Origin: Candidatus Woesebacteria bacterium | GTDB lineage: Bacteria; Patescibacteriota; Microgenomatia; UBA8517 | Assembly: GCA_020061305.1 (NCBI GenBank) | Contig: JAGUYM010000014.1 | Coordinates: forward strand, 49,372-113,371 | DNA: 64,000 nucleotides | Reading direction: 5' to 3' | Shown here: in pieces, positions 8,636 to 17,504 of the stretch | How positions within the stretch are numbered: position 1 is the first letter of the stretch | Layout: the number at the start of each line of letters is the position of its first letter | Translations under genes and position numbers: made by a program | The notes under the pieces: generated by a model | The model's input: only the letters and a program-made list of their open reading frames with translations | Database searches by the model: none | What the model was told of the DNA's origin: nothing

Positions 8636-10464
8636 TGATTAGTAAAAACATGCAAGACATTAACACAAAAAAACAAGAGCAAAACATAAATAGCAAACCT
8701 GCTGTTAAACATCCTGTGAGCGAGATTGAGGAGGGAAAACAATTGCTTGATGTAATTGCACCTGATCATGTCGAGGTGGATTTTAATCATATTAAAGTTA
8801 ACAATGTTTATTACAGAACACTTTTTATTGGAGGCTACCCTAGATTTGTTGCACCTGGATGGCTTGAACCTGTGATTAATTTTAATTCATCACTTGATAT
8901 CAGTTTTTTTGTATATCCTGTTGCAGGCAAGTCTGTACTTGATGATCTTCGTAGAAAAATTGCAGAAATGGAAGCAGAAATCTCGACAGATATTCAAAGA
9001 GGAAGAGTTGTTGACCCAGCAACAACCGCCAAACTTGAGGATGCAAGGGCATTGCAAGAACAACTTGTCAAGGGGATTGAAAGATACTTTGAGTTTTCAT
9101 TTTATATCACAATTCCTGCTAATTCAGTTGAAGAACTAAACAATGTCTCAAGACAAATTGAGTCACTTTTAGGATCACTCCTAATTATTGCAAAACCTGC
9201 GACTTTAGACCAAAAAGAGGGATTTCTTTCAACCGTTCCGTATGGACAAGATAGACTGTCAATTACCAGAAATATGGATACAACATCTGTTGCTACAACT
9301 TTTCCATTTACTTCAGCTGAGCTTAGCTCGGATACCGGTGTTTTATATGGCATAAACTCACAAAATGAGTCATTTATTATCTTTGATAGATTTTCTCTGG
9401 AGAATGGGAACATGACAGTCTTTGCTACATCAGGCGCAGGAAAGTCTTATTTCGTTAAACTTGAAGCTATTAGATCACTCATGATAGGCTCAGATGCAAT
9501 TATTCTTGACCCTGAAGCTGAATATAAAACACTTTGTGAAGCTGTTGGAGGAGAATACATTGCATTTTCATATAATTCGCCTGCAAAAATTAATCCTTTT
9601 GACCTTTCTCAGATTAGAGAAGAAGGAGAAAACCAATTAGGTCTTAAAATTCTTTCACTTCATTCATTAATGAAGGTAATCATGGGCCAAATAACACCGA
9701 CCCAAGATGCCATGCTTGATAGAGCTTTAGTTATGACTTATAAAGCAAGGGGAATTACAACTGACCCTGAAACTCAAACCAAGGAACCGCCTTTGATGGA
9801 AGATCTTTATAAAACATTAATCGGAATGGAAGTCCCGGAAGCGCTTGACTTAGCTGCTCGTCTTGAAAAATTTGTAAGAGGCTCATTCCAAGGTATTTTT
9901 GACAAACAAACAAACATTAACTTAAATAATCCATTCACTGTTTTTTCAGTCAAGGATTTACAAGAAGCCCTTCGTCCAATTGCTATGTTTATTATCCTTG
10001 ATTATATTTGGACTAGAGTTAAAAGGGATATAAAGCGTCGAATTCTAATCGTTGATGAGGCATGGCATATGATGAGGTATCCCGATACTGCAGCCTTTCT
10101 CTGGTCAGTCGTCAAAAGGGCTAGAAAATACTATCTAGGACTCACCACAATCACTCAAGATGTTGAAGATTTTCTTGGACAGGACATTGGTAAGGCAATT
10201 GTCACAAATAGCGCCTTAAGGCTTCTTCTGAAACAATCTCCGGCAGCAATTGATAAGATAGGGGAAGTTTTTTATCTCTCACAGGGGGAAAAACAACTGC
10301 TTCTGGCTGCAAATGTGGGGGAGGGCATATTTTTTGCAGGACCACACCACGCACCGATTAGAGTAGTAGCGTCAGAAGAAGAACATAAATTAATAAATAC
10401 AAGACCACAAGACAATCCATTACCAACAATGCCAAACATGAAAGCATGGAACAGGGAAGCCTAG
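8635..10464 (+). CDS. virB4: VirB4/TrbE/CagE-family T4SS ATPase, central and C-terminal part
   Basis: It carries the family block LLDVIAPDHVEVDFNHIKVNNVYYRTLFIGGYPRFVAPGWLEPVINFNSSLDISFFVYP, a Walker A FATSGAGKSY and a Walker B RRILIVDEAWHMM. It is in the -1 frame relative to 7826..8635 and open from 8608 without an ATG. Confidence 0.85.
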   Translation: MISKNMQDINTKKQEQNINSKPAVKHPVSEIEEGKQLLDVIAPDHVEVDFNHIKVNNVYYRTLFIGGYPRFVAPGWLEPVINFNSSLDISFFVYPVAGKSVLDDLRRKIAEMEAEISTDIQRGRVVDPATTAKLEDARALQEQLVKGIERYFEFSFYITIPANSVEELNNVSRQIESLLGSLLIIAKPATLDQKEGFLSTVPYGQDRLSITRNMDTTSVATTFPFTSAELSSDTGVLYGINSQNESFIIFDRFSLENGNMTVFATSGAGKSYFVKLEAIRSLMIGSDAIILDPEAEYKTLCEAVGGEYIAFSYNSPAKINPFDLSQIREEGENQLGLKILSLHSLMKVIMGQITPTQDAMLDRALVMTYKARGITTDPETQTKEPPLMEDLYKTLIGMEVPEALDLAARLEKFVRGSFQGIFDKQTNINLNNPFTVFSVKDLQEALRPIAMFIILDYIWTRVKRDIKRRILIVDEAWHMMRYPDTAAFLWSVVKRARKYYLGLTTITQDVEDFLGQDIGKAIVTNSALRLLLKQSPAAIDKIGEVFYLSQGEKQLLLAANVGEGIFFAGPHHAPIRVVASEEEHKLINTRPQDNPLPTMPNMKAWNREA

Positions 10465-10484
10465 CTTCACCTGAATTATGAATT

Positions 10485-13217
10485 ATGAATAAAACACTTG
10501 ATTTAAAAGCATTAGTTGCCATACAAGAGGCGCTTGAGCGTTTTTATCCAAGAGAATTAGGGCTTGAAGGTAGCGTTGAGTTTAAAAAATGGGGAGAATG
10601 GCCAAGCAAAGAAGTTTTTTGGGAACAACTTAAAACATATCCTGAATTTAAAAATATTAAAACTCAAAAAGAAGCTTCAGGTTTATTACAAAAGTTAATC
10701 GATGAGAAAACAAAAGGAGCAGAAGCTCCAGGGCAACCTGATTCAAATTTACCACAAAATAGAGAGGCGAATGAAGAATTAAGAAAGAAAAGTGAAGAAT
10801 TGCACACAGAAACACGGGAAGGCTCAAAACAAGCTGTTGAGACAATGCAAAAGAGGCAACAGGAAATGTATGAAGAGGCACAAAAGCTTAAAAAACAAGC
10901 AGAGGAATTAAAAAATAATGAACAACTAACCAAAGACCTTACAGGTAAAAAAATATATGCCAAAATTGAAGTAGAGGATACACCAAGCCTAGACGAAGAC
11001 AAACAACAAAAACTTGAACGCTACAAAGAACTTTCAAAAAATAAACCAGAAACTGCCAAAGAAGAACTGGCCAAAGAACTTGAAGTATCAATTGAAAAAC
11101 AATTTGCAAAAGAAGATTTAACCAAAGAAGAAATAAAATCAATTGCAAGGGAAACTGCAAGTGAAACCATAGAAACTTTATCCAAAATTGATTCTCCTGA
11201 TTACGTTCCTACAACTTATCAAACAGCAATACTTACTGCAGTTGCCGTTGATGATAAAGTTGTACCTAAGGTTGCCATATCAAAATCTGCAACAGAAATT
11301 GTAAAAAATTCTGCGGGTCATGTTGCAGTTTTTAAAATTCAGCCCGAACTTTTAACTAGAGGAATAATAGAAACTGCATTTGGAAAGGATTTTACCAATT
11401 TTGTTCTTGGTGTTGACCCTTCAAAAGTTGAGGTTACACTAGTTGAAACAATTCCCCAAAATTTACCAAGAGAAGAATTGGTTAAGTATAAAGAAGTTAA
11501 TCTTCAAAATATTCGCGAATCTCACACAAACATCTTAGAGTGGAATTCCTCTGTATTAGAAAAGGCTTCATCAGTAGGTAAAGGATATGCAGATAGATAT
11601 ATGTCTTCAGGAATTGCTAATTTTATAACAAGAAGAATTGAGGCGCTTCCTGTAAATTCTGTTGTTAAAAAAGTAGTTACCACGCCTGAAATGCAGGCTA
11701 TGTTTTTTGCAAAATTTGGAGTAGGTAGTCCTGTGGTTTGGCAATATGCAAATCCGACTTTAATGAAGCTTTTTGGCCAAAATCAATTAGCTGGCGCCGC
11801 CTTCAGCACCGTAGGAAGAATTACTGGAAAACCAATTGTAACTGCAGTTACAGGAGAAGTTGCAGGTCAGGTTGCTGGCAAAGTTGCCACGCAAGCCGCA
11901 GGTAAAGCAACGGGCGCAGGTCTTGGTGCAACGATTGGTGCAATCACTGGCTTATCGGGTGGGCCACTTGCAATTGTAACGGCAGCAGTTGGCTATGTAA
12001 TAGGTGAGGTTTTTGGTAAGGTAATTTCAAAACTTAAAGTTTGGTGGACTAAAAATAAAGATAAAATTGCGCCGATTTTGGGAGTTGGGGTAGGGTTATC
12101 CTTTGCAAGATTTGGGTTTGGACCGGCGATTTTAGGTGGTGCTGGGACTTATTTACTTTTTGGTGGTACTGCGACGGCCTTACTTTTTGGCCCAATGAGA
12201 TTTTTTGCAATTTTAGGAAGAAACATTGGAATTACAATTGCAACTCCTGTAATAGTTACCCTTTTGGTCCTCCCCCCGCTCGTCGCCTTCATTATGCTTG
12301 TCATTAACAACAGTGCCTATGTTGTACCACCAAGCCCGCTCAGTTTTAATCGTGGCGGAGTGATAACTTCTCCTTATATTGATATAACCAAAACTGCAAC
12401 CCCCCCGGGTCCGTTTGAAAATTCTGATTTACCCTTAACTGTAACATACACCATAACAATAAAGGCCAAAAAAGGACCGCTTACTAACATAAAAATTGAT
12501 TATGCATGTAGGGTAGTTAAATCTAATTCATCAACTGTTTGCCCCGAACCAAACGGAACAATCCCTACAACAACTAGCGGAATTTCACCCTCTGCCCCTT
12601 TTGTTTTTTCATATTCTCAAACTTATGATCCCCTAAATTTTGAGGACTCTTTTGTTACTGATACAGTTACTATAACCGCAGACGAACCCTCAGCAAAAAA
12701 CATTCAAGCCGCAGCAGCGGCAACAATAAAAATAGGTGAACCACCAGAAGAATGTCCAACAGAAGAATTGTGGCCTACAAGTAATGGCGTTATTACACAA
12801 GGTGCTTATACAAACGGCTCACATAAAGGGACAGAATCAATTGACATTGGTGTTAGCAGTACTAATGTTTTTACAACACATTCAGGTGTTGTGGTTTTTT
12901 CCGGTTTTGATTCATGTTATGGTAACGAAATTAAAATTAAATCTTCTTGTGGTGGAAAAGAGTTTATAAGTAGATATTCACACCTTGAAGCTCGAAGTGT
13001 TACAAATGGGGCTTCTGTTTCAATGGGGCAAGTTATTGGTAGAAGTGGAAATACTGGGACATGCACCACAGGACCACATGTTCATTATGAATTTAGATTC
13101 TGGCCAGACGGAAAGCCAAGTTGGCCAAACAACCCTCCATTCATGATGAGACCTTATATTCCAAGAGATGTTCCCAGAGGATGTGAAAATTCTATAAGTT
13201 GTGGTGTATCATTTTAG
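10485..13217 (+). CDS. T4SS-associated cell-wall hydrolase: K/E-rich coiled-coil N-terminus, glycine-zipper TM segments, C-terminal M23 (LytM-type) metallopeptidase
   Basis: 910 aa. The C-terminus is GSHKGTESIDIGV...YSHLEAR...GRSGNTGTCTTGPHVHYEFR (M23 HxxxD and HxH motifs). The middle is a G/A-rich run (GAGLGATIGAITGLSGGPLAIVTAAVGYVIG..), and the N-terminal 230 aa is K/E/Q-rich. Confidence 0.7.
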   Translation: MNKTLDLKALVAIQEALERFYPRELGLEGSVEFKKWGEWPSKEVFWEQLKTYPEFKNIKTQKEASGLLQKLIDEKTKGAEAPGQPDSNLPQNREANEELRKKSEELHTETREGSKQAVETMQKRQQEMYEEAQKLKKQAEELKNNEQLTKDLTGKKIYAKIEVEDTPSLDEDKQQKLERYKELSKNKPETAKEELAKELEVSIEKQFAKEDLTKEEIKSIARETASETIETLSKIDSPDYVPTTYQTAILTAVAVDDKVVPKVAISKSATEIVKNSAGHVAVFKIQPELLTRGIIETAFGKDFTNFVLGVDPSKVEVTLVETIPQNLPREELVKYKEVNLQNIRESHTNILEWNSSVLEKASSVGKGYADRYMSSGIANFITRRIEALPVNSVVKKVVTTPEMQAMFFAKFGVGSPVVWQYANPTLMKLFGQNQLAGAAFSTVGRITGKPIVTAVTGEVAGQVAGKVATQAAGKATGAGLGATIGAITGLSGGPLAIVTAAVGYVIGEVFGKVISKLKVWWTKNKDKIAPILGVGVGLSFARFGFGPAILGGAGTYLLFGGTATALLFGPMRFFAILGRNIGITIATPVIVTLLVLPPLVAFIMLVINNSAYVVPPSPLSFNRGGVITSPYIDITKTATPPGPFENSDLPLTVTYTITIKAKKGPLTNIKIDYACRVVKSNSSTVCPEPNGTIPTTTSGISPSAPFVFSYSQTYDPLNFEDSFVTDTVTITADEPSAKNIQAAAAATIKIGEPPEECPTEELWPTSNGVITQGAYTNGSHKGTESIDIGVSSTNVFTTHSGVVVFSGFDSCYGNEIKIKSSCGGKEFISRYSHLEARSVTNGASVSMGQVIGRSGNTGTCTTGPHVHYEFRFWPDGKPSWPNNPPFMMRPYIPRDVPRGCENSISCGVSF

Positions 13218-13228
13218 TAATATAAAAC

Positions 13229-14227
13229 ATGATAAATAACAAAAAAAAGATCTATATAGCCCTTTCCTCTGTTGCAGCATTTTCTGTTTTTATCTTAATT
13301 TATGTCATTAACAAAAATGGGCCCGATCCAGAAATATCACCATTAAAACCCAATATCCAAGGAGGGATACAAGGAGACTTTTCTAAAAAAATTGAATTTT
13401 CCCAATTTGACTACGAAATACCAAAAAATTTACCCACATTAACATTCAAGCTTCTTTCTATAAACAAGGACATTGTGGTTAAAATTAAAAACTCTCTAAG
13501 TATTGATTCAGGTATTGAAGAATTTACCGATGTAGATGAAGGGGTAAAATATTTTCTGAATACCGACGATGCTTTTTTAGTTATTACTCCAAAAGTAAGC
13601 AAAATTAAATACGGACTACACCGTTTACCCACCAATCTAAAAAATGAGTTGTCAATATCAGAAGATCAAATTAAAAACATTGCTTTGGCTTTCTTAAACG
13701 ATAAACTACTAAATAACAACTTTGTTTTGCCAAATGAGATATTATATTTAAAACATAGCATTAATAGTGAGGGTTTTGAGAAAACAAACAATAATAGCGA
13801 GGCAGTTGTTTATCAAGTTAATTTCACCCCAGCATCCGCACAAAATTATAAAATTGTAACATCAAGATCTGAAAACCCAACAACTTTTGTTCAGATTACC
13901 AAAAGTGGAGAGATTTACTATGCTGAAACGACATTGTTTGATGAAATTTCTAAAAGCCCCTCAAATTATCCAGTTAAGGGATTTGGTGATATTCAAGATA
14001 GTTCAAACGATTTCAAGCTTATTAATCTTTCAGGTGATTATTTGTCAGTATTGGAAATCTCAATTAGTAACATAAAAAAAATAATTATTAATGATATTGA
14101 AGTTGTTTATTTTTGGGACCAGAAAGTAGACAGTTTTCTTCAACCAATTTTTATACTAAATGCAGATATTGAAATTTCTGGATCTACAGCAAACAAAGCT
14201 ATCTTTTATCTTCCTGCTTTTAAATAA
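13229..14227 (+). CDS. signal-anchored extracytoplasmic protein, last gene of the T4SS-like locus
   Basis: An N-terminal TM (IYIALSSVAAFSVFILIYVI) precedes a 300-aa hydrophilic domain. It is tightly spaced after the M23 gene. Confidence 0.5.
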   Translation: MINNKKKIYIALSSVAAFSVFILIYVINKNGPDPEISPLKPNIQGGIQGDFSKKIEFSQFDYEIPKNLPTLTFKLLSINKDIVVKIKNSLSIDSGIEEFTDVDEGVKYFLNTDDAFLVITPKVSKIKYGLHRLPTNLKNELSISEDQIKNIALAFLNDKLLNNNFVLPNEILYLKHSINSEGFEKTNNNSEAVVYQVNFTPASAQNYKIVTSRSENPTTFVQITKSGEIYYAETTLFDEISKSPSNYPVKGFGDIQDSSNDFKLINLSGDYLSVLEISISNIKKIIINDIEVVYFWDQKVDSFLQPIFILNADIEISGSTANKAIFYLPAFK

Positions 14228-14273
14228 ATCAATCACTTTCTAGACCAAAGTCTTGGGGGTTTAGGACGACTTT

Positions 14274-14648
14274 TTATTCAATCCTCGCTTTCTGATTATA
14301 TAACCGATAATATGAAAAATCTTGATAGATAGTCATTATGTGTTGTTTTAAGTTTGGGAATGTATTCTCTTTTTCTTGATAAATTACTTTTCCGTATGTA
14401 ATAATGTGATTTTTAAGTTCCATTGTAGCTTCGCTACCAAAAACTATATCTATATTTACAAGTTTATTAATTTTGTTTGATAACAACTCATACAAGTAAT
14501 CATAAGTTTCATTATTTTTGTTTCCTAAAACATAGGAATCATAATCGCTATTTTGATTAGCAATTCCTTGAGCTTAAGAGCCAAAAAGAATCAAGGCTTT
14601 TACCCCCAAATTTTTTTAGTTTGATTTTTTCTTCATTGGTTAATTGCA
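14274..14648 (-). pseudogene. decayed nucleotidyltransferase (MNT/pol-beta-type NTase domain) gene
   Basis: The sequence opens MQLTNEEKIKLKKFG, shifts frame in a G5/A7 homopolymer, then reads GVKALILFGS*AQGIANQNSDYDSYVLG, where TAA replaces the conserved Tyr of the GSxARG NTase motif. Only the tail (14274..14495) survives as an ORF. Confidence 0.5.
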
Positions 14649-14675
14649 TGAGGTAATTATACTACAGATTAAAAT

Positions 14676-15791
14676 TTAGCTGTTTTTAATAGGCATTATG
14701 AGGTGGAGGAAGGTGGGAGAGGAAGAATCTAAAAATTTTCCTGCTTTACTTTCTTCGCTAAATTCCATTACTACCTCATCTGCCTTTACTACTTTTAAAT
14801 AATCCTCAATAAATTTATAGTTATATGAAATTTCAAAATCTTTTACATCTTCATCGTTTTCCACTTTTGCCTCAATTTCATTTTCCTGACTTCCTGTAGT
14901 TTGATTCTCTGAAACAATCCTGACTTTGGACTGATGACTATTGACTTGTAACTTAATAATATTTCCTGCTTCTCTTGCGAAAACTGATGCAAGTTTAATG
15001 GCTTTAACTAATTCCTCTTTATCTAAAACAACTCTTAATTTGTGTTTATCAGGTATAATTTTTTGATAGTCTGGATAACTTCCTTCAATTATTCTACTGG
15101 AATAAAGACAGTCCTCAATCGAAGCAATAAATTGACCATTTTTTTCATCAATAGAAATAAAAACATCTTCTTCTGATTCATTTTTTAATATTTCATAAAG
15201 AATATTTTTAGGCACGACTGGTTTTTCAAAATCTTTAGGAGTTTTTTTAGTATCAACTTTTATTTTTGAAAGTCTAAATCCATCAGTTGAAATAAAATAG
15301 AGATCACCATCTATAAAATCAAATAAAACTCCTGTTAGAATAGGCCTTGTTTCATCAAGGGATAATGAAAACAAGGTATTAAGCAAGGCAGTGTTTAACT
15401 CACTTTTTTTGATTACAAATCCTTCCTTTTTAGAAGTATTGGGGATTTTTGGAAAATCTGTAGCATTTAAACCTAAAATAGTTGATTTAAACGAACCGGA
15501 AGAAATTTTTATTTTTTCTTTGTCTTCATTAATTTCAATTTCATTATTAAGGTTTAAGACAATATCCAAAAAAGTTTTACCTGGAACTGTTATTTCTCCT
15601 TCCTTTTCAACTTTAGCTGGAATTTTAAGACTAACTGCATTTTCAAGGTTAGTAGCAGAAAATGAAACTTTAGAACCAGAAGCTGATATTAAGATATTTC
15701 CAAGTATCGGAAGCTGTGTTTTAGCTGAAATAAAATGAGATGCTGTACTAACAGTTCTTTTTAGATTTTCTGCTGAAGTTATGAATTTCAT
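14676..15791 (-). CDS. dnaN: DNA polymerase III beta sliding clamp
   Basis: 371 aa starting MKFITSAENLKRTVSTASHFISAKTQLPILGNILI. It has the three-domain length and sits immediately downstream of dnaA. Confidence 0.9.
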   Translation of the reverse strand: MKFITSAENLKRTVSTASHFISAKTQLPILGNILISASGSKVSFSATNLENAVSLKIPAKVEKEGEITVPGKTFLDIVLNLNNEIEINEDKEKIKISSGSFKSTILGLNATDFPKIPNTSKKEGFVIKKSELNTALLNTLFSLSLDETRPILTGVLFDFIDGDLYFISTDGFRLSKIKVDTKKTPKDFEKPVVPKNILYEILKNESEEDVFISIDEKNGQFIASIEDCLYSSRIIEGSYPDYQKIIPDKHKLRVVLDKEELVKAIKLASVFAREAGNIIKLQVNSHQSKVRIVSENQTTGSQENEIEAKVENDEDVKDFEISYNYKFIEDYLKVVKADEVVMEFSEESKAGKFLDSSSPTFLHLIMPIKNS

Positions 15792-15962
15792 GTTTTAATA
15801 TTTATCATATTTTAAATAGTAGTACTAGTAGTAGTATAGGGAGATAAGTGGAAAACTCTAAATTCTAAATTCTAAATTCTAAATTACTTCGGGATATAAA
15901 TAGGTGGATAAATATGTGGATAATTGTTTATAAATTGTTGATAAGTTGATAACCTTAAAAAG
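15792..15962. promoter_or_regulatory. putative oriC: DnaA-box cluster plus AT-rich heptamer tract between dnaA and dnaN
   Basis: There is a perfect TGTGGATAA at 15915-15923 and GGTGGATAA at 15903-15911. TTGATAAG and TTGATAAC half-boxes lie nearby, and a TTATCCCAA box lies at 15964-15972, just inside the 3' end of dnaA. An (AATTCTA)x4 tract at 15856-15886 and AGTACTAGTAGTAGTA at 15817-15838 are also present. Confidence 0.6.
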
Positions 15963-17333
15963 TTATCCCAATAGCATTTTTTTAATCCCCGATAAATCCC
16001 CTTGAATATCCACATTTGTTGAGGCTAAAAGCTGAATGTTATCAACAGCATGCATTACAGTGGTATGATCTTTTCCACCAACAATTCTCCCAACTGTTTG
16101 GTAAGGGAGATTAATTTGAGTTCTTAAAATATACATCAAAATTTGTCTTGGTCTTGAATAAATCCTTGCCCGTGATTCACCCAGTAAGTCCCTTTTATTT
16201 ATTGAATAATATTTAGCAATTGTTTTAACTATTTCTTCAGGGCTTGCTTTAATCTTGCTTTCTTCTAGACCGTTATTTTTACCTATTATTTTTTGTATGT
16301 TATCTATTGTCAGTTCGCCACCCTTTAGATTTATATCAGTGAAAAGTCTAACTAAAAAGCCCTCTATAGCCCTTGCAGACTCAATGTTTCCAGCAATTAA
16401 TGAGACCATGTCAGGATCAAGTTTTAATCCTCTTTCCTCTGCTTTAATTTGGACAATGGCTGATCTTAATTCAAAATCGGGTGGGGCAACATCAACAATT
16501 AACCCCGCTTCAAATCTACTCCTTAAACGCAGCTCGAGTTTTGATATCTCTGATGGAGGTTTATCTGATGTTAAGACAACCTGGCCTCCGGCAGTTGTGA
16601 CTGCGTTAAATGTATGGAAAAATTCTTCCTGAGCAGTGTCTTTACCTGCTATAAATTGAATATCGTCGATAAAAAGAGCTTCAAGTTTTCTGTATTTCTT
16701 TCTAACCTCAGCGGTGGTCTTATTTCTTATCCCATCAACAATATCATTAGTAAAGTCTTCTGCAGTGCAGGCAATAATTTTAGCCCTGGGATTTTTGGAG
16801 ACGACAACATGGCCAATTGCATGCATCAGATGGCTTTTTCCTACACCTACTCCTCCCCAAATAAAAAGGGGATTATAGGCATGTCCTAAATTTTTAGAAA
16901 CAGCTTCCGCAGCAGCATGTGCCAATTGGTTTGAACCTGAGACCGCAAATTTATCAAATGTATAAGAAGGCCTGATTCTTGCGTTTTTAATGGCCTCATC
17001 TATTTCTTGTTTATTTACTTTAGGCTCATCAAAAAGTGGGGTTGGCTTTTCTATTGACTGTTGACTATTGACTGTTGACTGTTTGACAATAAATGTTATA
17101 TCAACTGGCTTTTCAAGAATCTTTGACAGAGTGTCTTGAATTAAACCAAAATACCTTTGTTCTACTTGGGCTTTAATGTAAAAGGACATGCAACCAATTT
17201 CAATCACAACTCTTCCTCCAACTTCTTTTAAATCATGGATGTGAGAATGCACGAGATATGTACCATACGTGGCGCTTGATACCGAAAGTTTTAATAAATT
17301 TAAAGTGTCTTTCCAGAGTTTGTCTTTATCCAT
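15963..17333 (-). CDS. dnaA: chromosomal replication initiator DnaA
   Basis: The protein has a Walker A GGVGVGKSHLMHAIGH, box VII, and the C-terminal HTH block GGKDHTTVMHAV. The start is set at MDKDKLWKDTLNLL (17333). The ORF-track start at 17360 extends into the GTAC repeat. Confidence 0.93.
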   Translation of the reverse strand: MDKDKLWKDTLNLLKLSVSSATYGTYLVHSHIHDLKEVGGRVVIEIGCMSFYIKAQVEQRYFGLIQDTLSKILEKPVDITFIVKQSTVNSQQSIEKPTPLFDEPKVNKQEIDEAIKNARIRPSYTFDKFAVSGSNQLAHAAAEAVSKNLGHAYNPLFIWGGVGVGKSHLMHAIGHVVVSKNPRAKIIACTAEDFTNDIVDGIRNKTTAEVRKKYRKLEALFIDDIQFIAGKDTAQEEFFHTFNAVTTAGGQVVLTSDKPPSEISKLELRLRSRFEAGLIVDVAPPDFELRSAIVQIKAEERGLKLDPDMVSLIAGNIESARAIEGFLVRLFTDINLKGGELTIDNIQKIIGKNNGLEESKIKASPEEIVKTIAKYYSINKRDLLGESRARIYSRPRQILMYILRTQINLPYQTVGRIVGGKDHTTVMHAVDNIQLLASTNVDIQGDLSGIKKMLLG

Positions 17334-17504
17334 GGTTGTAGCACATAGTACAAAGTACAAAGTACATAGAGGGAAAGAAAATGGAGCAGAAATATTTTTC
17401 TAAGTACAAAGTACTAAGTACTTGGCATTATTCTTTTACAAAAGTTATCCACAATTGTAAAGAGGCAATTTACAATTTATACTTTTCAATTTACAATACG
17501 CTTA
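17334..17504. promoter_or_regulatory. divergent dnaA / rpmH control region with a consensus DnaA box and GTAC-heptamer arrays
   Basis: A TTATCCACA box lies at 17445-17453. GTAC arrays lie at 17345-17369 (ATAGTACAAAGTACAAAGTACATAG) and 17401-17425 (TAAGTACAAAGTACTAAGTACTTGG). Confidence 0.55.

Noticed and set aside
1423-14227. Calling the T4SS-like locus an integrative conjugative element or plasmid insertion.
   Set aside because: No integrase, relaxase, coupling protein, oriT-like nick site or flanking direct repeats (att) could be identified. Only VirB4-type machinery is present.
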